From positions 1-31,869 of the forward strand of contig DASRKU010000372.1 of assembly GCA_035648815.1 (NCBI GenBank): a stretch of 31,869 bases of DNA. The letters run 5' to 3'. The notes below the pieces were generated by a model. The model saw nothing but the letters and a program-made list of their open reading frames with translations, was not told the DNA's origin and did not search any database. The DNA comes from Verrucomicrobiia bacterium (GTDB lineage Bacteria; Verrucomicrobiota; Verrucomicrobiia; Limisphaerales; BOG-1460). The translations under genes were made by a program, and so were the position numbers. Below are positions 1 through 6,965 of the stretch, piece after piece. How positions within the stretch are numbered: the first letter of the stretch is position 1; each line of letters opens with the position of its first letter.

Positions 1-108
1 GATTATAAGCAGGACGTTTGCGAGGAGCCGGTTCAACCGGATCGATGGGACTGCCTTGGGCGCGCAGCCGGCATCGTTGCCTCGAACATTTGGATCAACA
101 GGATTCAT
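1..108 (-). CDS. 5' end of the gene following the RND permease, probably the periplasmic adaptor (membrane fusion protein); runs off the window
   Basis: ATG at 108, 10 nt after the permease stop; open to the edge as MNPVDPNVRGNDAGCAPKAVPSIRLNRLLANVLLII, i.e. basic residues then the start of a hydrophobic anchor. The product is inferred from operon context only. Confidence 0.5.
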   Translation of the reverse strand, partial: MNPVDPNVRGNDAGCAPKAVPSIRLNRLLANVLLII

Positions 109-117
109 AGGATTGAT

Positions 118-3100
118 TTAAGACATCGAACTGGAATTGGGCAACGCGCCCTCGGGACCGGAATCCGGATGGCTTGCCGCGTCGCCGCGATGGTGCATGA
201 AGCTGAAAACGACGGGAACGAAAAGCAGGGTTGCAATGGTCGCAACGAAGAGTCCGCCGATGACCGCGCGACCGAGCGGCGCGTTTTGCTCGCCACCCTC
301 GCCGAGGCCGAGGCTCATGGGCAACATGCCGATCAGCATCGCCGCGGCCGTCATCAGGACGGGCCGGATGCGGCTGACGCCGGCATCGAGGGCGGCGGCG
401 ATGGGATCGAGGCCGCGTCGCAAGCTGTCGCGGGCGAAGCTGACGACGAGGACGGAATTGGCGGTGGCGACGCCGAGGCTCATGATGGCGCCCATGAGAG
501 CCGGGACGCTGAGAGTGGTTTGTGACAGAAACAAGGCCCACAACACGCCTGCCAGCGCGCCCGGGAGGGCGGTGATGATAATGAAAGGATCCAGCCAGCT
601 CTGGAAATTCACGACGAGCAGGAGATAAATGAGCGCAATCGCCATCACCAATCCGACGCCCAGGCCGATGAAACTGTTGTGCATGGTTTCCGCCTGTCCG
701 CGAAGGGTGATGAAACTGCCTCGCGGGAGGTCGTTCTTCGCGCGATCGACTAACGGTTGGATATCGTGCAGCACGCCGCCGAGGTCGCGGCCGTCCACGT
801 TGCCGTACACATCCACGACCGGGGCGACGTTGTAATGGGTGAACACCGGGGGCTGGACGGTGCGCGTGACGCTCGCGAGGTTGGCCAGGATCTGGCCCCC
901 GCCGGCGCCCGACGCGCCGCCCATAATGGGCGTCGACTCCAGCACGCCAACAGAATCCATCGCGTATTCCGGGACTCGCGCGTTGATTAGATATTGGACG
1001 CCAAATCGCTGGTCCATCCAGTAGGAGGGTTGCACCTGGCCGCTCCCGCTCAAGCTGAGCAAAACCGAGTTGGCAACATTTTGCTCGGTTAACCCAAGCT
1101 CAGCCGCCTTGGTGCGGTCCACGGTGATGTTGAATTTCGGCAAATCCGCCGGCTGATGGACGCGCACATCCACGGCGCCCGGCACGCCCCGGATTTGACT
1201 TACCAGCCGGGCGGCGACTTCGCGGTTCCTGACCTGGTCGCGTCCGCCGATTTGAATGTCGAAAGGCGCGGGCAAACCGAAGTTCAACGTCTGGCTGACG
1301 ATATCGGCAGGCAGAAAATAAAACATGGTGCCGGGAAATTCGCGGTTCAACACTTTGCGCAGACGTCGAACGTAAGTTTCTGTCGGCGCATGGCCGGGAT
1401 TCAACGCGACCAGGATGTCCGCATCGCCAGGCCCGATAACGCCGCTGGTATTATAGCTGAGATTGATGCTGGAGTTCGGAATGCCGATGTTATCCATAAT
1501 GCCGTGGGTTTCCCGTTCGGGAATTTCACGGCGGATCACGGCGTCGATTTGGGACGCCAGCCGGATGGTTTCCTCCATCCGCGTGCCGGTCCGCGCCCGG
1601 AAATGGAGCAGGAACTGTCCGGCGTCGACGCTCGGAAAAAAATCCTCTCCCAATTGTGTGACCAGCACCCACGAACCGACGCACAGACCGGCGAAAACCA
1701 GCGCGAAGGAGGTGCGATGTTGCAGGCACGTCGCAAGCAGCGCGCGATAGCTCCCCCGAAACCGCTCGAACCCGCTCTCAAACCTGCGTTGGATCCGAAT
1801 AAAAGGCCGGATCACCGACGGGGCATGGCTGTCGTCCTCATGCTCGCCATGCAATTGGACGTTGCGGTAGAACCACATCACCAGCGTTGCGACCAGCGTC
1901 CTTGAGATCAGATAGCTGGCGAGCATCGCGAACACCACCGCCTCGGCCAGCGGGACGAACAAATAATGCGCAACTCCCGTCAGGAAAAACATCGGCACAA
2001 ACACAATGCAAATGCAAAGCGTCGAAACAAATGCCGGCAACGCGATTTCCTGCGCGCCGTCCAGAATCGCCAGCTCGAGCTTCTTGCCGGCAACCATGTG
2101 GCGATGAATGTTCTCAATCGCAACGGTCGCATCATCCACAAGAATTCCCACCGCCAGCGCAAGGCCCCCCAGCGTCATCAGGTTGATCGTTTCACCCAGC
2201 GCGCTCAGGATCGCCACCGAGCTCAGCACCGACAGCGGAATCGAAAGGGCAATGATAAGCGTGCTGCGCCACGACCCGAGAAAGAGCAGGATCATCAGCG
2301 CGGTCAACGCCGCCGCAATGATTCCCTCGCGCAAAACACCGTTGACAGCCGAGCGCACAAAGAGCGACTGATCGGCGAATTCCTTGACCTGCAAATCCGA
2401 AGTGACGCCGGCCATGATCCGCGGCATCGCCGCCTTCGCGCGCGCAACGACCTCAAGCGTCGAAGCCGCGCCGCTTTTCATCACCGTCAGCAACGCCCCG
2501 CGCACGCCGTCCTGGCGAACCGCGTTCTGCTGGGGATTGTAACCGTCATGGACCTGCGCGACATCGCGCACGCGGATTGTCGCTCCGTTAACCACCTTGA
2601 CCGGCAGATTGTTCAGTTCCTCGATGGGTCCGACACTGCTGTTGACGCCAATGTCGTATTCCGTGGAGCCGATCTTGGCCGTGCCGCCTGGCAGGACGAG
2701 GTTCTGGGCATTGACCGCGCTGACCACGTCCTGCGGCGACAGGTTTTTTGCCTTGAGCGCGGGAAGATCGATATCCAGGGAGATGACGCGCATTTTTCCG
2801 CCGTAGGGCCACGGGACCACCGCGCCGCGGATCGTTGAGAGGCCGATGCGCACCTGGTTGGCGGTCACGTCGAACAATTGCTGCTCCGACATTTTCGGGC
2901 TGCTGAAGCTGTATTGCAGGATGGGGACGGTCGACGCGTTATATTGGACGATCAAGGGTGGCGTCTGTCCCGGCGGCATCTGGCGAAGGACGGTTTGGGC
3001 GATGGCGGTGATTTGCGCGACGGCGGACGGGACGGACGCGCCGGGCTGGAGGAAAACTTTGATGACGCCGATGCCGTTGTAGGAGGTTGATTCAATGTGC

Positions 3101-3336
3101 TCGATGTCGTTGACCGTGATGCTGAGGGCGCGCTCGTGGGCGTAAACGATCCGTTGTTCGACGTCCTGGGCGTCGAGTCCGACGTATTGCCAGATGATGC
3201 TGACGACGGGGATGTTGATGTTCGGGAAGATATCGGTGGGCGTTCGCAGCAGGATCAGCGGCGTGATCAGCAGCAAAAGCAGCGCGGCCACTACGAACGT
3301 GTAGGGCCGGCGCAGAGCAAGACGGACAATCCACAT
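118..3336 (-). CDS. RND efflux transporter permease (AcrB/AcrD/AcrF family), 1072 aa
   Basis: N-terminus MWIVRLALRRPYTF, two large periplasmic loops, TM4 motif LAVGILVDDATVAIEN, TM11 RIRPVLMT, C-terminal PLGRAVIGGL...TLLFVPVVF. Confidence 0.95.
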   Translation of the reverse strand: MWIVRLALRRPYTFVVAALLLLLITPLILLRTPTDIFPNINIPVVSIIWQYVGLDAQDVEQRIVYAHERALSITVNDIEHIESTSYNGIGVIKVFLQPGASVPSAVAQITAIAQTVLRQMPPGQTPPLIVQYNASTVPILQYSFSSPKMSEQQLFDVTANQVRIGLSTIRGAVVPWPYGGKMRVISLDIDLPALKAKNLSPQDVVSAVNAQNLVLPGGTAKIGSTEYDIGVNSSVGPIEELNNLPVKVVNGATIRVRDVAQVHDGYNPQQNAVRQDGVRGALLTVMKSGAASTLEVVARAKAAMPRIMAGVTSDLQVKEFADQSLFVRSAVNGVLREGIIAAALTALMILLFLGSWRSTLIIALSIPLSVLSSVAILSALGETINLMTLGGLALAVGILVDDATVAIENIHRHMVAGKKLELAILDGAQEIALPAFVSTLCICIVFVPMFFLTGVAHYLFVPLAEAVVFAMLASYLISRTLVATLVMWFYRNVQLHGEHEDDSHAPSVIRPFIRIQRRFESGFERFRGSYRALLATCLQHRTSFALVFAGLCVGSWVLVTQLGEDFFPSVDAGQFLLHFRARTGTRMEETIRLASQIDAVIRREIPERETHGIMDNIGIPNSSINLSYNTSGVIGPGDADILVALNPGHAPTETYVRRLRKVLNREFPGTMFYFLPADIVSQTLNFGLPAPFDIQIGGRDQVRNREVAARLVSQIRGVPGAVDVRVHQPADLPKFNITVDRTKAAELGLTEQNVANSVLLSLSGSGQVQPSYWMDQRFGVQYLINARVPEYAMDSVGVLESTPIMGGASGAGGGQILANLASVTRTVQPPVFTHYNVAPVVDVYGNVDGRDLGGVLHDIQPLVDRAKNDLPRGSFITLRGQAETMHNSFIGLGVGLVMAIALIYLLLVVNFQSWLDPFIIITALPGALAGVLWALFLSQTTLSVPALMGAIMSLGVATANSVLVVSFARDSLRRGLDPIAAALDAGVSRIRPVLMTAAAMLIGMLPMSLGLGEGGEQNAPLGRAVIGGLFVATIATLLFVPVVFSFMHHRGDAASHPDSGPEGALPNSSSMS

Positions 3337-3474
3337 AAATCAATAACGTCGCCAGTGACGATGCTGCCGGAGCGCTCGGCGGGCGGACAGGGTCCGTCTG
3401 ACGCCGGTTGCAAGAGGGCATGGGTCCATTTTGCCCGGAAACCCCCCGGCTGCCCAATAGAAGTTTGATTGCCA

Positions 3475-3497
3475 ATTGATTGTTATTAGTTATCAAT
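3475..3497. promoter_or_regulatory. LysR-type operator (dyad ATTGAT-N11-ATCAAT with T-N11-A core) in the divergent RND/LysR intergenic region
   Basis: Perfect 6-bp inverted repeat attgat/atcaat with an 11-nt spacer, 11 nt upstream of the LysR ATG, in an AT-rich patch. Confidence 0.55.
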
Positions 3498-3508
3498 AGA
3501 CCGCGATC

Positions 3509-4393
3509 ATGGAATTGAGGCATTTGAGATATTTTGTCGCGGTGGCGGAGGAACTGAACTTTCGCCGGGCCGCCGAGCGGCTGCGCGTTGCCCAGCCGGC
3601 GGTGAGCACCCAAATCAAGGAGCTCGAAGCGATGCTGAACGCGCGCCTGTTTGAGCGGACCACCCGCTCGGTCCTGCTGACGCAACCGGGGCGCGTGTTC
3701 CTGGATGAAGCCCGGGCCGTGCTCAACGCCGCCTTCCACGCCGAACAATCCGCACGCAATGCGCATCACGGCATGGTCGGCACGCTCCGCATGGGCCTCA
3801 TCACCCCCGCGGCCAGCCCGCGCCTGGCGAAGGTGTTGCGCCACTTTCATCAACGCTTCCCCGGGGTGCAACTCTCGCTCTTCGAATTGACCAGCGCCGA
3901 GCAATTGCGACGCCTCCGGGCCGGAGAGCTCGATGTGGGCATGCTGCGACCGCCCGTCAGCTTTCCCGAACTCAAATGCATGTTCGTCGACCAATCGCAT
4001 CAAGTCCTGGCCGCGCCCGCCGGCCATCGCCTGGCAACCAAGCGCAAACTGGACTGGAAGGATTTCGACGGGGAAGGCCTGGTGATGATTCAGCCAGGGC
4101 AACAGCATGGGTTTTACGATGCCTTTCTTTCGGCGTGCGCGGCGGCCGGCGCCAAGGTGCACCCGGCCCAATTCGCCCACGATATTGGCAGCAAAATGTG
4201 GCTCATATCGGCGGGGTTTGGAGTGGCACCCACCTCCGCCGCGTTGGCGGAAGTCATCCGTCCCGGGCTGGTGTTTCGTCCCCTGCCGCCGGGCCTTCCC
4301 CCAGTCCAAACCCTCCTCGTCTGGCGCCGTCCGGGTGAGGAGTCCCTGATCATCAGGAATTTTCTGGAAAGCTTTGCGCGGTTTACAAAGTAA
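3509..4393 (+). CDS. LysR family transcriptional regulator, 294 aa
   Basis: MELRHLRYFVAVAEELNFRRAAERLRVAQPAVSTQIKELE HTH, LFERTTRSVLLTQPG, substrate-binding domain with LDVGMLRPP. Confidence 0.95.
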   Translation: MELRHLRYFVAVAEELNFRRAAERLRVAQPAVSTQIKELEAMLNARLFERTTRSVLLTQPGRVFLDEARAVLNAAFHAEQSARNAHHGMVGTLRMGLITPAASPRLAKVLRHFHQRFPGVQLSLFELTSAEQLRRLRAGELDVGMLRPPVSFPELKCMFVDQSHQVLAAPAGHRLATKRKLDWKDFDGEGLVMIQPGQQHGFYDAFLSACAAAGAKVHPAQFAHDIGSKMWLISAGFGVAPTSAALAEVIRPGLVFRPLPPGLPPVQTLLVWRRPGEESLIIRNFLESFARFTK

Positions 4394-4647
4394 GCGCCCG
4401 TGAGTGCGCCACAAAGCGGCAGAGGGCTCCCGCGTGCACCGAATGTCCCGCAGGTTTTGGAGGCCCTCGCCATGATAACACCCCATTCCGAGAATGCTTT
4501 TTGAAGCGAGAATCAATACGCGGAAATTATTTCTATCACCTCTTCAAGGTGCATTCATTTCCGCGCATCCTCCGGGGGCATCGCTTCGCTCAGGCGGAAG
4601 GTGTGTTGAACGGCCGAGACGCTCAGATGGGTAGTGGCGCGCGCAGC

Positions 4648-5271
4648 ACCAAAGACCCCATCGTGATGACCGCCGAATACATTCTCGATATCCAAACCAT
4701 CGTCAGTCGGCAGATTCCGCCACAGGAGCCAGCTGTTGTCACGGTGGGCACGATTCGTGGCGGGATCAAGCGCAACATCATTCCCGACGAAGTGAAGCTC
4801 CAACTCACCACGCGCGCCTTCAGCGATGCCGTACGCGACAAGATTGTTGATTCGCTGCAGAAGATGGCGTTGGACGTGGCCACAGCCAACGGCCTTCCGC
4901 CGGACCGGATGCCCATCGTGACGGTGAGTAAGACTGAAGCAGCGCCGGTCACGTATAATGACCCGGCATTGGCTGCGCGACTCAAACCTATCTTCGTCGC
5001 CGCCCTTGGAGACGGCAGCGTCGTGGATTGGCACGCTGAAATGGCCTGTGAAGACTTCGGCCTCTTCGACCTGCCGGAGGACCCGCACCGCATTCCGGCT
5101 TTCTTCCTCCGTATCGGGGCCAGCGATCCGGGAAAGCTTGCCGAGAGCCAACGAACCGGCATCCCCGTGCCGGGGCTCCATTCCGCGCTTTTCGCGCCGG
5201 TGGCCTCGCCCACCATTCGTACTGGCGTGCTCGCCATGTCAGCCGCCGTTCTTGACCTTATGAAGAAATAA
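4648..5271 (+). pseudogene. 5'-truncated M20 family amidohydrolase (C-terminal ~207 aa only)
   Basis: TKDPIV...QTIVSRQ...AVVTVGTIRGG..RNIIPDEV dimerisation domain, MACEDF and GLHSALFAP motifs. The N-terminal metal-binding half and the GHG motif before TKDP are absent; the ORF-track start at 4501 is non-homologous sequence. Confidence 0.8.
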
Positions 5272-5355
5272 CTGCGCCCAGGCAAGCGGGCGATATTGGT
5301 CCGATTCGGAGGAGCGAACCCGCCGTTGGCTGAAGAAAACTACAAGCCCCTTGCA

Positions 5356-5766
5356 TTAGCCCATGAACCTGTTATGAAATCCCTGCCTCGGAGTGGCCGG
5401 TTTTGATTCAAGCAAGGGGCTTTTCAATTTCTTCATATCGGCTTGCCGCGTACCAGTGTCGTGCGCGGATGAAAACGCTGCCTTTAGTCCCTTACGATAT
5501 TCGTCAAACGCCGCGCGTCCGGAGCGCGTCAACCGCAACAGTGTCTGCGGCACTTTGCCGCGATACGTCTTTTCAATCTCGACGTAGCGGGCCTCCTCCA
5601 ATCGTGCGAGATGGCTGGAGAGATTGCCCTTGTTCATCTCGGTTTCGTGCAGCAGGTAAAGGAAGTCGCATTCCTTTACCACCGCGAGGAGGGCGATGAT
5701 CATCAGCCGCCCGGGTTCATGAATGACCCGGTTCAATTCGGAAATAACTCGAAGTTGCTCGTTCAT
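5356..5766 (-). CDS. Winged-helix (HTH_34/MarR-ArsR-like) transcriptional regulator, 136 aa
   Basis: NRVIHEPGRLMIIALL...DFLYL...GNLSSHLARLEEARYVEIEKTYRGKVPQTLLRLT..GR.AF. The ATG at 5766 overlaps the upstream stop as ATGA. Confidence 0.85.
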   Translation of the reverse strand: MNEQLRVISELNRVIHEPGRLMIIALLAVVKECDFLYLLHETEMNKGNLSSHLARLEEARYVEIEKTYRGKVPQTLLRLTRSGRAAFDEYRKGLKAAFSSAHDTGTRQADMKKLKSPLLESKPATPRQGFHNRFMG

Positions 5767-6407
5767 TCTGCTTTTTGGGCGGGAGGTTGTGTGTGGCGAA
5801 TGTACAAATATAGAGTGGCCGCGCCGGAGCCGAGCCATGTGAGACATACGAACGCAAGCATAGGCCGCCACAACCCCTTAAAATCTGCAGGGGCGATGAG
5901 AGCAATCGCGAAAAGCCCCAGCGCCATGAAGAGTAATACAAACCACTTCCACGAGTGTTCCCTGCTAAAGCGGCAGATCCAGTACCCATACCCCACCGCG
6001 AAGATGACTACGTTGCCCATCCATGTAAGGCTCCTCCAATCGTGCCGCCTGTCGAAGCATATCAGGCAGGCAGGCACGGCCCCAAGAACGACGGCTACAG
6101 TCATCATTGTCCACCAGGACTTTCCGCCAACGCGGTACGCGACATACCCGGTGCGCGGCCAGGTGATATGCTGCTTGATTGCCTTGGGGCCCCAGTGCAG
6201 GACACCAAACATCAGCAAGAGGCCCCCTACAAATAACACCATGCTTGGGAGCCCGTGCCTCCACATCGAATTCTTTGGCAGGATGGCAGACAGGTAGTTC
6301 AAAAAGGTAAACCCCAGCCCCATCAGGCCCATGGCCATCTCGCCGGTCCCGTCGATGTTGTTGTATCGCTTAGGAAGTTCCAGGCACTTTTGAAGTTCAT
6401 TATTCAT
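5763..6407 (-). CDS. Hypothetical integral membrane protein, about 6 TM segments, 214 aa, translationally coupled to the HTH gene
   Basis: Start MNNELQ at 6407; repeated hydrophobic segments; conserved-looking KQHITWPRTGYVAYR loop; 4-bp ATGA overlap with the next gene. Confidence 0.75.
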   Translation of the reverse strand: MNNELQKCLELPKRYNNIDGTGEMAMGLMGLGFTFLNYLSAILPKNSMWRHGLPSMVLFVGGLLLMFGVLHWGPKAIKQHITWPRTGYVAYRVGGKSWWTMMTVAVVLGAVPACLICFDRRHDWRSLTWMGNVVIFAVGYGYWICRFSREHSWKWFVLLFMALGLFAIALIAPADFKGLWRPMLAFVCLTWLGSGAATLYLYIRHTQPPAQKAE

Positions 6408-6476
6408 GCAGACTAGTATGTGACACAAACAAGTATTTGGCAAGGACTATCCGCTAGCAGTAAAGTAAAACGAGCA

Positions 6477-6510
6477 GAACCGGATAGCGAGCCATTCAGC
6501 TCGCCGGTTC
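6477..6510 (-). terminator. Possible terminator hairpin spanning the istB remnant stop codon
   Basis: gaaccg/cggttc and gcgagc/gctcgc stems with a 4-nt bulge; followed on the minus strand by tgctcgttttacttta. Confidence 0.3.
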
Positions 6511-6690
6511 TGCGGTCGAAGGTTCGTTAGGCTTGGGTTTGCTCTTCTTGTTTTTATCCTCTTTTCCGGCAATCGTGGCGTGGTCTTTAAGCCGATAGCT
6601 CCTCCCGGTAATGGCAATCGTCTGGGCATGGTGCAGGAAACGATCCAGGATCGCGCCGGCCGTCGGCACGTCGCCCAAAAGTTTGCCCCA
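6496..6690 (-). mobile_element. istB: IS21-family istB (ATP-binding helper) C-terminal remnant
   Basis: WGKLLGDVPTAGAILDRFLHHAQTIAITGRSYRLK matches the IstB C-terminal signature. No Walker A/B region and no istA are present. Confidence 0.85.
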
Positions 6691-6965
6691 TTTCCGGTTG
6701 CGGTTGGCCGCCATCGCGCAAGCGAATTAACACTCCAGCTCTTGGACTATTTCACGTCCTCAAAATGTCGGACACTACCCACACACGCCCCGAAGAGAAG
6801 TGGCAGGCGCTGATGCGCCACCGCAACGAGCCGGTCTCCTGAATTACACCTGGCAGTCCCACTGCAATGGGCTTTTTGTGCTCCCAATCGCCGCGTGAGT
6901 AAGAATTCGCCATGCACAACTTTCAACCCTCAACAAAACTACACTCGCCACCCGTTATGGCGGGT

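Noticed and set aside
3092-4516. 474-aa minus-strand ORF, and similar long ORFs at 9705-11339, 8568-9566, 25884-27488 and 24594-25613
   Set aside because: They are antisense shadows of well-supported genes, with no motifs; such ORFs are expected from high-GC codon bias.
6408-6495. Search for an IS21 terminal inverted repeat and target-site duplication
   Set aside because: Only a short ctatccg/cggatag inverted repeat was found; no repeated transposase-binding motifs or TG/CA end can be defended without the other end.
6721-6965. Short frames such as QNVGHYPH and MSDTTHTRPEEKWQALMRHRNEPVS
   Set aside because: Too short and inconsistent between frames to call a gene remnant.
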